DNA of 45,399 nt from Catajapyx aquilonaris (Eukaryota). The number at the start of each line of letters is the position of its first letter. Positions within the stretch are counted from its first letter, which is position 1. The notes below the pieces were generated by a model. It made no database searches. It saw only the letters and a program-made list of their open reading frames with translations, and was not told the origin of the DNA. The stretch is taken from the NCBI GenBank assembly GCA_000934665.2, contig KZ538833.1, forward strand, positions 1 through 45,399. Reading direction: 5' to 3'. Of this stretch, positions 34,981 through 45,399 are shown piece after piece. The position numbers and the translations under genes were made by a program.

Positions 34981-36040
34981 CGCTATACATACAGGCATGT
35001 AGCATATGAACTGTCATATTATCAGTTGTATACAGGATAAGATGCGTGTAAACAAGCAATTTTCCGTCGTTTCCATATGATTATATTATCATATATACCG
35101 TACTGTATACCTTCTACCGCAATTTTTAACTACATGTGCGTATATGGCGAGATTGAAAAATTATAATATAGTGCACGCTCATGTTGATTAAAGTTAATGA
35201 ATATCGTTGGTTAATTTCATTCCATGAGTGTGGATTCTCAAAGCCCCTTTTTCTTATCTGGAGCCTCGATTGACCCCAGCCAAGTTTATGAGTTCATGAC
35301 GCATTAAATAATTTCACGTCCAATCTTATACTGGGGACTTTTGAAATGCCATTGACCCGAACGATGGATATTAAAGAAAAAAAAAACTCGATATGCATAT
35401 CGATATTATAATACATAGCGCCTGAGGCGCAGAAATATTTTCACTCTTACGACTGTGTTGCACATTGTGTTGTCGCCCAGTTTAAGTATCAGTTCTAATT
35501 ACCTCCCGAGTCCTTGTGTACCACCATATGTCATCTCAAGTGTGATAAGAGAAACAAAGGGATGCATGCCTTCTTTTTGCTGGCGCCTCAATTATTTTTG
35601 TTTCATTTATTGACTGTTTGACCTGCATTTATCTGTAAGTGATGTTATTTTTGTCATTATCACTGATGATTCGCAATAAAAATAAAACGCTAAGCGCACA
35701 ACCATGTAAGCTTATATACCGTATGCTTTGTTGTAAGATGCATGTTTCATTACTTTGAGGTCTGCATTGTTTTTATAGCTAAGTTTACTTATCTTTAAGA
35801 GCTTGTGAATTGATTTTATTTTCAATAACCGAAAAAGAGACGAATCCTTTGTTACAAATTTTTAATATCGTGATTACCTTACCGCAAGTTTTCATTATCA
35901 TAAACCGATACCGTTTAAGTTTCAAAATTTTGCACAGCTCAAACACTTTTTAGGACGAAATGAATAATTTGATTGACTCTGTGGGATTATTCACAGTATA
36001 TATTTAGAGGACGCGACTTTATTGTGATATGTTGTTATTA

Positions 36041-36397
36041 TTATGAATTTTTTACGTTACCCCGTGATAGGGCCATAGGCCGTTATAGGGGGGTGGGTGG
36101 AATACCACCATTTTTCCTTCAATTTTCTGATTTTTTCTTCTAACTCCGGTGCAAGGATGAAAGGACATGAGGTAAGGATATAGGGATTTTTGGGGAGGGA
36201 ACATGTGGTGCAAGTGCAATGTCGGTAAAGGGGTCATGTGCTGTTCCCCAGGAGGTTAGGTTGCCAGACACCTCCTGGGTGCAGGTCAGAGACCCTCCTG
36301 ACGCAGGTGAAAGGAAAGTTCCCCAGGCGGGGATCGAACCTGGGGCCTTTCACTCAGCAAGCCGAGACGTTACCAGCTCGGCCATCTACACCTCCCC
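36041..36397 (-). mobile_element. tRNA-derived SINE (same family as 22284-22640)
   Basis: High similarity to the 22284 copy; 14-bp TSD ATATGTTGTTATTA (36027-36040, 36398-36411). Confidence 0.85.
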
Positions 36398-37547
36398 ATA
36401 TGTTGTTATTACTGTATAACCAACTGTTATTACATAATTTCTTTATTACGATTATTGACTTGAAATTATTGCTTTCCAGAAATCGTGGCGCCAAAACTTG
36501 AAAGGATCGAGGACTTGTCTCCTATCCAAAGGAGATCACGAGGCTGGGTGGGATTCTCCAGTCTGAAAGAGATTCATAGGAATGAGAGAGAGAGAGAGAG
36601 ATGTAGAAGGAACCTGGATTGAACAGGCGATGGACGCAATTGTTTGGTTCTTCTGTAAAGCTACCGAATTATTCTATGCCAGCAGTTTTATTGCATATTG
36701 CGGTGTAGGCTTGTATAAAACTTGTGACTTGATTGTGTCATTGTAGCCAAACGACAAATGTTACATGTACTGACTGTATGTACCGTACTCGTAATATAGA
36801 GGGTGGTTGGTAACTTATTCATAATGTTGACCACCCTGTATTGTAATTCAATGTTTTAGGTGTTAACAATGAGTAACCGGACGTATGCATTTTGGATTCA
36901 CAATGGCTGCAAGGCAAATTGTATATATGAACAGTTTGTTATAAAGACCATTGCTAGTCTGTGTTGTGGCGTAATCTAATCAATAGTGATTAAAATATTA
37001 TGGGACTATCACACACTATATCCTCGTGTGTAGCACTTAACTGCCTGGTAAATTTACGAGTTATGTCTGTGTTGGTACACGCAAACTGAACGACACTAAC
37101 TTTACCCAACTTAGTAGCCTACAAAAATGTTTCACAGGGAGTTCCAGAATTTCCGCAATTTTTGAAAAACTTATATACGGTGGTTGTAACGATTTTATAG
37201 TTGTGAATATTACTATACTGTATATCAGATTATGTAGAAATGATCAACATAGTTTTAAGTCAGAAATATTATGGTTCATGATTTGGAAGGGAAAGTGAGA
37301 TATTTCTCAAATGCTTAATCCTAACAAATACGGCATACCAACCTTGTATAATAACGAAACAGTAACCATTGGATAACAATAAAGTACAGAGGTATATTGT
37401 ATTGGAATCGATTCTCGATGCAGTGTTTTTGAGGGACATACCAAATGAGTAGGGTTTTTCACCCTCAAGGAATATAAGTTAGGGAGTGAGTTGGCACAAC
37501 TCACTCCCTTATAGATTGAAAAATATGCCCTCATAGAGTTTGCGCTA

Positions 37548-38832
37548 GAGGAAGGGTCAAAAAGGTATCTACTTAGGTATGAAGGACATGGCTTAGCGGC
37601 ATAATTTTTAATTAGAGGTATTTTCAACCCTTCTTGTACAAGTGTGAAAGTTTGAACTCGATCCGCTCAGAAATGAATGAGCAGGGGTGTTGCGAAGCTT
37701 GGCAGATGTGGGCAAGGAAGGATTTCAAGAAATTGAGGCACTGTGCTGTCATGAATTTTCTCACATTATTGGAGTGGCTACAACCTTTTGATGTTCACCA
37801 CAAGTTAAAGGCAGTGTATGGGGACAGTTCTCCTGCCATTGACCCAACAAAGTACTGGGTCAAGCAATTTAAGTGGGGCAGGGAGTCACTTGAAGATGAC
37901 CCCCATTCCAGGAGGTCTGTAGAGGCAACATCAGTGAGATGTGACAAAATGTAGGGATCTCGTGATGGAAAACAGGCGATAAAAGGCTTCACAGATAGCC
38001 ACGGAGGTGATGGGCATCTCCAAATCGAGTGTTATAACCATCCTGCACGATTATTTGGGGATGTGGAAGGTTTGTACTCAATGGGTACCCAGGTACCCAG
38101 GTTGCTCTCGCCACTCCAGAGGTCTGTTCGCGTCGCATGCTCTCAAGAGAACTTGGACATGTACGAAGCAAATGTTGACATATTTTTGCCCCAGATAGTG
38201 ACCGGAGACGAAACCTGGGATCCTGAAGCACATATGGAGTCCATACATAGGAAGCATGCGAATTCCTTACCACCCAAGAAGTGCCATACGCAACCTTCGT
38301 GGGGCAAGATTAATGCCACACATTATGGGATTCTGAAGGTGTTTTATTGGTAGACAACATTCCCCATGAGACCACAATCCCCGGCAGTATCTACGCTGAC
38401 CTACTAAAGCGACTGGGAGTAGCCATTGCTTCAAAATGACGCGGGAAGATCACCAGAAGTGTGTGTCTGATCCACGAGAATTCCCCAGTACACACCTGCC
38501 ACGTTGTTCAAGATGCCATCAGAGACTGGGGCTTCCAGGTGATGAATTATCCACCCTACAGTCTGGACCTGGCCCTGGCCCAGAGTGACTTCGTCACCTA
38601 AAAAAGAACTTCGGGGACGTCATTTTGGCGCTGATAATGAATTGAAAATGGCGGTAGACCAGTGGATTGCAGACCAAACTTCGGATTTTTTTCAAGTGGT
38701 ATCGGATCACTTTCAGACGAATGGCGAAAGTGCATTGAGATGAAGGGAGATTAGATCGAGAAAAAATGACATTGTGTGAGTTGTAACACATGTCTTTCAT
38801 ACCTAGGTAGATAACTTTTTGGCCCTCCCTCA
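37548..38832 (+). mobile_element. Full-length decayed mariner (DD34D) element, ~1.29 kb
   Basis: ~45-bp TIRs flanked by TA; frameshifted transposase with VYGD..WVKQFK.GRESLEDD, WVPR, IVTGDETW, HENSPVH and YPPYSLDLA..SDF. Confidence 0.92.
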
Positions 38833-40528
38833 TATGTAGTGTTACTAGCTGACGAAAAGAAAATCAGCAAAAAAAAAAAGTTTGAGCAATTTGTACTCTT
38901 ATTTACTGGATTTGAAGGGAGTGAGAGGGAAATTTGTTTATATAATATTTATTTCTCGTCATATCAATTTATTTTTGTCTCTCGCAGCGATCCACAAGTA
39001 TTTTTTCAATGGAGCAGGATTTTAGCTATGGCAAGTTTTAAGCGCTCTAAAACAATGTGTACATGCATGGTACACAGCATTGTGCTAAAAACATGCAAAT
39101 TTAGTACTGCATTGTACTAACTAATGTACATAATGCAGTACTACACCATTTGCATTTTTTTTTAAATCGCAACTCTGTGTACCATGGATACACGTTGCTT
39201 TTGAGAGAGTGCCCCTTGAAGTATCAGTTCGACTGGAGGGGGTCACCAAGTATATCACAAAATATAATCAGCACAACCGTCACGTTTAGGCCTACCATAA
39301 CGGCGTAATAAATTGCGAAATATGCGCATTTTGACCAAAATATGCAAGATTGGTGATTTTTTTGCAGGTGACTGTACCATTAAATAGAGTAAATTTATGC
39401 ATTAAATGACAGTGTGATATTCCAAAAGCATGAGTTTAAAATTTCATGTTGGTTCTTAGAACAGTTCCCGAGATATCCTCATGAAAGCAATGGAAAAAGC
39501 GGGAAAAAGCGCGTCTTCGCGTGATTGTGATTTTGGTACCCCTTCAAAGAAATATTAATATCTCGATAACTAAATTTAATTTGGTAAAACTGATTGCTCC
39601 AAATGAGTTCAATTGGATGTGGGTTTCACATATAATTTTTTCAAAAAAATCGATGACTATGACCTGACACCTTTTTTCACTCACTGGCTGATCTGAAATA
39701 GAACCACCCAGTAGAGTAAAAGTACGTAACTATGCTGCTAAAAGTATATAACTTATAACTAAAGAACGGATTTTTAGGTTCTCAAAATGACCCGGTGAAC
39801 CCTTTTTAGGGGCTACCAATGCACCGAATTTTAAGAAAATCATAGAGTTTTCGGCATTTATGAATTGACCTCTGGCTCCCAAAAAGGTGTCACCGGGTCA
39901 TTTTGAGCAAGTCATTTTAGGTGCCTTTTTCATCCCTTGGGGTGGGCTACCAATGTACCGATTTTCAAGAAAATCAGTGAGACCTTGGAAAGTGTCCCAC
40001 GTGAGTTCGAGATGTCATATTTTGACCTTGTATGGTTCCGCCAAAACAGTTTGCATTTTGTTTAATAACTTACCTGCCTATATTATTGTGACAAGTTTCA
40101 TTCAGCAACTTCATTAGCAACACTCTTACAGTTCCCTTGTGAGATGTGACGAATCTTTCCCCTCCTCTCCCCCACCCATAACCACGAGATTGAGTCAGCA
40201 GCAGGATCAATAACACTGGTCCAAATATCGAAAAATTACCATCATTTGACCACGTCTTCTAATAGACATAACTCGTTTAAAGCTCCATTGAGAGAACATC
40301 AGGTTGGATAAAGTTATTGAAATGTTCCCTTGTCGAAATTGGATATGAGTAACATAGTTGGGTCAATTTATTATTGCACAGGTGTTGGTTAAAAAGGTAG
40401 CCTACGACGCAATAATTTTTCGCTTTCTACCCATGACATTGGGGGAAGATGCCAAGTGGTATTAATGTATAGGGGCAGGATGCAGTTTTAATAACCTACG
40501 ACTTTACATCGTGATAACTGCCTTCACC

Positions 40529-40651
40529 ATGAAGAGTACAGCCCTATTCCTGTTGGGCGTGTTATCATTCTCTGCTGTTCTTCAGTCTGCAGCCTCGTCC
40601 CGAATCCTGATCCTGTTCCTCTTACCACACAAAACGGCGACACACTTTTGA
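40529..40651 (+). pseudogene. Truncated secreted-protein N-terminus, UDP-glycosyltransferase (UGT)-like
   Basis: CACCATG start; MKSTALFLLGVLSFSAVLQSAASSRILILFLL is a signal peptide plus an RILxxF strand like arthropod UGT N-termini; runs into a transposon TIR at 40625 and stops. Confidence 0.45.
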
Positions 40652-41051
40652 CACGTTTTTGTGCCAGGTGACACGCAAAAACGTGTCAGGAACGTGTCAG
40701 GTAATTTTGTCAAAGCATTTTGTGTCAATTGACACACATCTGTGTCACATGCGATATGGCATGCAGGATATACTAATTCTGTTGTGTCATATGACACGTC
40801 AAAACGTGTTACTAGTGGGATGACACATATATGTGTGTCATATATGTCATATGTGGGAGTAGTGTCAGAACGGCATTTATCCCCTTTTGGGATTTTCCCC
40901 CGTCCACACCTTCCGGCCAGAACCTATCGTCCTGGTCCTTCTTCCCCACTTTGGTTTTTGGTCAGGAAGTTGCATCAGTGTGCCATAATATGTGTGAGGT
41001 GATAGTGCTGTGTCTGTGTTTTTATTAACTTCGGTCAAAGTATATTATATA

Positions 41052-41157
41052 CGAGGTGTGATCCAAAATTCTCCGGATTTTTCATATACCGTGCAAACCA
41101 GTAGAGGTATGAACTTGTGACGCTAAGGGGGCGCTAGATGCACCTTTCAGCTATTGA
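41052..41157 (+). mobile_element. Isolated mariner-like terminal fragment
   Basis: TA-CGAGGTGTGATCCAAAATTCTCCGGA resembles mariner TIR starts; no partner end seen. Confidence 0.45.
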
Positions 41158-41672
41158 TATACAGGAAAAAGGTCTTATCAGGGTAATTACAATGATTGAG
41201 CGGTACCACCGAACCACTGCAGGCATATTGTAAACTCTGAGGTGTTTTTTATTGTAATGAAATTAATCGGCCACACACGCAATTGTTCCAAAAAATAAAA
41301 ATTCCAGGCTAACCATTTTATCAAGTGTGGTACAACTCGCCTTTCATAAATGTAGATATTTTGATAATGATCTACTCTATTTACCGACACAAGCAAAAAG
41401 CATTCAGTAGTATAACGCCCCCAATATAATCTGGCCCTTTTAGGAGCCCCCCACTACGCACATCACAGTATAGCAACAGTAATTAATTATTGTTCATATA
41501 TATTGCCAACATACTTTTCGTCTTAGTATTCTTATACTGCTTGATGTCCCTATACTCGGTTCTCTTGCATCGCATATGTTAAAATAATCATAAATGTCAC
41601 ACCAACCAGTGTTTCACTGTATAGGTAATAATGGAAGCAACAATTCATACGATCACATTTATGAATTGATAA
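41158..41672 (+). repeat. Copy of 33519-34032 inside the transposon block
   Basis: Near-identical direct repeat. Confidence 0.92.
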
Positions 41673-41747
41673 TCCGGTTTTTCCTCTGGTTTGTGACGTT
41701 ATACATATATGTACGCGTATAACGTCACAAAGGGTTTCTCTGGTCAC

Positions 41748-43686
41748 AAAGGGTTCTCTGGAAAACAACCCATGTCAAAAAATGGGCAAAATGAGATAAA
41801 TACAAATTCAGATATTTCCAAGCCTGTCCTACGTCCCATTAAAATCGCACCCGAGAATAACCGATGTCAAAGGGAGAAATACCATAGTAAAAAAAAAACA
41901 CACAGGTTACGCAAAAACAACCGATGTCAAGAGCGGTTTTCCAGAAAAACAACCGATGTCACTGACATCGGTTGTTTTCCCAGAAAACACCAAATTCAAA
42001 ATGGCTTCCGCTCCATTGGACGAGGTTGGGGCTAGTAGCTGTGCAACCATAGCAGAAGATGCTTCGGAGACACACGCAACGGCACGTAAGCGCCCAAGAA
42101 AGATTCCACAGGCTGTGCAGATCCGTGTAGCCAAAGTGGAAGGCCGCAGCCACGTGAACCACACGGGAAAGCCTGTAGCAGCTCGCGCAACAGGGCCTGA
42201 CTGCAAGTAAGGTTACATTTATTTTTGGAGGTCAGGGCAGTAAAGGCAATGCCTTCCGCAGGGTGTAATTTTTCAGACATTGCCATTTCCATGGAGTTGC
42301 ACGTAAATGTCAAGCAAATCAATGGAACTTACTGTAGCTGCCAAATAATAATTTCGTGCAACCTGAACCTGCAGGACTGCGTCGGTTTTTCTGTCCTGTC
42401 TTTTTTCCATCAATACCTACTCTGCAACAATGATTTCTAACGGAAGATCCACACTGTTGCAGCTGTAAGCGATACCGATGATTCGAGAATATCTCGGAAT
42501 CAAAGCGGCGATACATATTAGAGAGCTTCAACAGCCTCCCGTCGAAGGATTCCCAGGACTCCTACCTGTGTGGCCTGGTGTCTTTTCATGTTCCCAAGCA
42601 AAGACGCGCAAGGAAACCTGGCCGCCATAAATGGATTTATCCATTTATGGATTTTTCCGATTCGCGGGCATTCATACCTACCCAATGATACAGATTTTGG
42701 TTGTATTGGAAAGAAGAAGAAAGCTGCAATCGTGGATGTTCCAGCTGAATGGGATGACTTAATTAGAGGATCAAGAATTCGCCCTTCTCCATTTGAGGTA
42801 GTCAATGTAGACCAGGAAATTATGTTTGACTTCAACTCTGCACTAGCACCATATTACAAGAAGGCAGCCAACCCTACTCTACACCTAAAACAGGCACGCA
42901 TGATAAAAGTTGCGTCAAGTGACCAAGAAGTCTGTGTTCGAGACTCCTACTCGGGAACTTATCGAAGTGTGAAGCTAAGGAACAATAAGAAATGGCTTGG
43001 AGAGCTGTCCTTATCACCTGCATATTCATCTCCCATACCAATAAACCCCCTGAAGTTAAGGGACTGTCTCAACTTGTGTTCGTACTTGCGTGATAGAAGG
43101 AACAAAGGCTTTTATGATAGCCTTCGAATTGCAGATCATGATGACAGTCAGGTGGACATCGAATGCGACGACAACAGCAGTGGACTGGACGAGTAGAAAG
43201 AGTCTTTAAATGGGAAGTAAATGATTTTGAGGTACAGAAGAGGCCTAAGTTACGTTAGTAGTATTAAAGAAGACTGGAAAGGATTTTTGCAGAATGTCCT
43301 TGGCGGAATTAATTTTTCGACTATATGATTACTTTAAGATACCAGAAAACTGCAGAGTGGATACTTGTTTAGTATGGGCCTAAATGAAGGTTTGGTAGTA
43401 CAGGTCCTGATGGATAGAGAATATTTTTAGAGGTAGTTTCTTTATGAAAATGTAATTTTTTTTCTTCAAAAATCACCTATGTCATGTTATGAAATATGTG
43501 TAGTGCGTGAACAATAAAAGCACTATGGAATTGTAACATGTGCAGAGTCTTTTCTTTTGTGTTGGTAAATATCACTAATTAAAGAAATAAAGAATAACTG
43601 CCTGTTGATAGAGCGTAAATTGTTTTTTCCTTCTCCTGAAAAGTTCTTTTTTTTGACATGGGTTGTTTTCCAAAAAAAAAACCTTC
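41748..43686 (+). mobile_element. Internally deleted DNA transposon, Sola1-type, with an intron-containing transposase pseudogene (42001-42206, 42463-43196)
   Basis: Inverted GGAAAACAACCCATGTCAAAAAA at ~41760 and ~43650-43671; subterminal AACCGATGTCA repeats; GKPVAARATGPDC/CKRYR*FENI..FNSL..QDSYLCGLV; C-terminal FPIRGHSYLPNDTDFG and PINPLKLRDCLNLC. Confidence 0.7.
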
Positions 43687-45239
43687 TATATATACTTTAG
43701 GTCTATGGAATTATTATAGTTTTTCAAAATTTTATGTAGCCATTTTATCCTCCAGCATATGCCCGCAAAAGTAATATTTTGGTGACTATTTTAGGTTTTT
43801 TCATTATGTACGTATGTGGGCGTAGTGCCAGAACGGCATTTATCCCTTTTTGGGGGTTTTCCTATTTCGGGGTTTTTTCGTGCCTAAAAATGCGGACGCT
43901 ATTCATTGCAGCAGAGGTACAGTACAGTGTTTGGGCAAGAAAGGACGACGATGACAAATAAACTGCTAATTTTTCTTTATTCCATCGACACAGCAAAAGT
44001 GTGCCACCTGACCGCACCTGACATATTTTTGCTGTGTCGCTTTGTATACCTTATGTGTGTCATCTGACACACAGCGTTTTGTACGGAAAGCGGCACGGAT
44101 AAGCGTGTAAATCTGGATGGCACACTAAAACGTGTCAGAGGACACGATTTACCGTGTTACTCCTTGACACAGACAAGCGTGTCAGTTAGGATGACACGCT
44201 TAAAATGTGTCAACTGACACGTGGCAGCGTGTCGTTTTCTGTAAAAATTTTGACAGGTTTTAGTGTGTCAAAACATTTTGTGTGTACGCCCACCTATATG
44301 ACACACTTATATGTGTCATCCCACCAGTACCCCGTTTTGACATGTCATCTGACACAACAGAATTAGTATATCCTGCATGCCATATCACATGACACACAGA
44401 TTGTGTGTCAATTGACGCAAAACAAAATTACCTGACACGTTTCTGACACTTTTTGCGTGTCACCTGACACACAAAAACGTGTCAAAAGTGCGTCGCCGGT
44501 TTGTGAGGGTGGGCGGGGATAAATGCCCCCACCCACCCCTTCTGGCCAGTACGGTACCTATCGTCCTGGTCCTTCTCCTCCACTTTGGTTTTTTTGTCAG
44601 GAAGTTGCATCAGTGTGCCATAATATGTGAGAGGTGATAGTGCTGTGTCTATGTTTTTATTAACTTCGGTCAAAGTATATAAGTGTATCGAATCTGAATT
44701 GCTGTGACTGTCATTACCGGTATCTGTTTTGCCTAACGGTCCAAGTGCATAAGTGTCGATAATTGTGGATTGATGAAGCATCGAAGTCTGAAGTGTTTCC
44801 CTGAATTAGTTGGAATTAGCCCACTTGCAATGGATTTTTAGGATCGAGACATTTGGATCACTGACGTGGTCGTTGGACAAGTGTGACGGGTTCTCAAGAC
44901 AATGCACTCCGCTCTCCGCCGATCCTGCCCTGGAATATTACACAGTAAATTTATCGTTTTTAAACTAACTTGAGTCGTTCTGGTCATTCTTTCAAATTAT
45001 TGGTAATGAAGGCGATTTTGTAACATTATTCTGTCATTGCTCTCAATATTAAACAAATCAATCCTGGCCCTTGCAAGCGTTTTCTGTGGCCATTTGAAAT
45101 ATGAACAAATTTCGCAATTTTAAAATCCGGATGGTCAAAACTCTTATTATTGATAGGATATTCATACTGTCCACATGGCCAAACCACCTTAGAGTAGACC
45201 GACACACCTTATCTTTAACAGTCTCCTTAACATTACACC

Positions 45240-45399
45240 TGAGGAGATTGTGAAGAAGGTTTATTTGGGTGGAGTAGTTGGTAAGAGGGGCAAGGGTAGG
45301 CTTAGGAAGACATGGTTGGACCAGGTGGGCCAGTGTCTTAAGGGTGTTGCTAGTGTTAAGCCGAGACGTTCTTGTGTCAATAGGACCATGGACGTGGCT
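45240..45399 (+). mobile_element. RTE-clade LINE, 5'-truncated 3' end (runs off the window)
   Basis: EEIVKKVYLGGVVGKRGKGRLRKTWLDQV...RRSCVNRTMDVA, the typical RTE C-terminal GxRxxGRPRxxW region. Confidence 0.75.

Larger units (their letters stand above)
40625..44509. mobile_element. Rearranged long-TIR element (GACAC/GTGTC-rich) enclosing nested sequences
   Basis: ~230-bp inverted arms 40625-40862 and 44284-44509; 40851-40900 repeated at ~43813-43862; ~40905-41045 repeated outside the element at ~44530-44680. Confidence 0.7.

Noticed and set aside
39170..40030. Probable further repeat elements (GGGCTACCAATG..AAGAAAATCA repeated ~135 bp apart)
   Set aside because: Repeat-like, but ends and family could not be defined
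42479..42481. In-frame TGA at a Cys position, possible selenocysteine
   Set aside because: The element is also internally deleted and frameshifted; a simple nonsense mutation is more parsimonious and no SECIS was identified
43990..44500. Dense GACAC/GTGTC repeats resembling an array
   Set aside because: Irregular spacing in both orientations, typical of subterminal transposase-binding repeats; not CRISPR, and the context is eukaryotic

Overview
Repeat-rich eukaryotic (animal, probably protostome invertebrate) genomic DNA with spliceosomal GT-AG genes. No prokaryotic features, rRNA, functional tRNA or CRISPR array were seen. The left 18.5 kb holds the 5' part of a minus-strand kinesin-3 gene of the STARD9/KIF16A type: 11 exons reconstructed by eye plus a tentative 12th, with no FHA exon found after the neck coil. 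Intron 1 of this gene carries an intact two-exon antisense gene for a 132-aa, 2-TM protein with a PPPPY motif. Intron 5 carries a decayed ionotropic-receptor (variant iGluR)-like gene. The centre is a head-to-head inverted duplication of a calmodulin-derived four-EF-hand gene with degenerate Ca2+ loops. The two copies are separated by a decayed EnSpm/CACTA element, and RFX X-box-like motifs lie upstream of the + copy. The right part has exon 1 of another small 2-TM protein, a full-length decayed mariner, and a UGT-like signal-peptide ORF cut off by a complex rearranged transposon block. That block comprises a long-TIR element, a mariner end, a ~515-bp near-identical copy of DNA from 7.6 kb upstream and an intron-containing Sola1-type transposase. 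An RTE LINE 3' fragment ends the window. tRNA-derived SINEs (including V-SINEs) and MITEs are scattered throughout. All family assignments are from motif recognition by eye; no searches were run.
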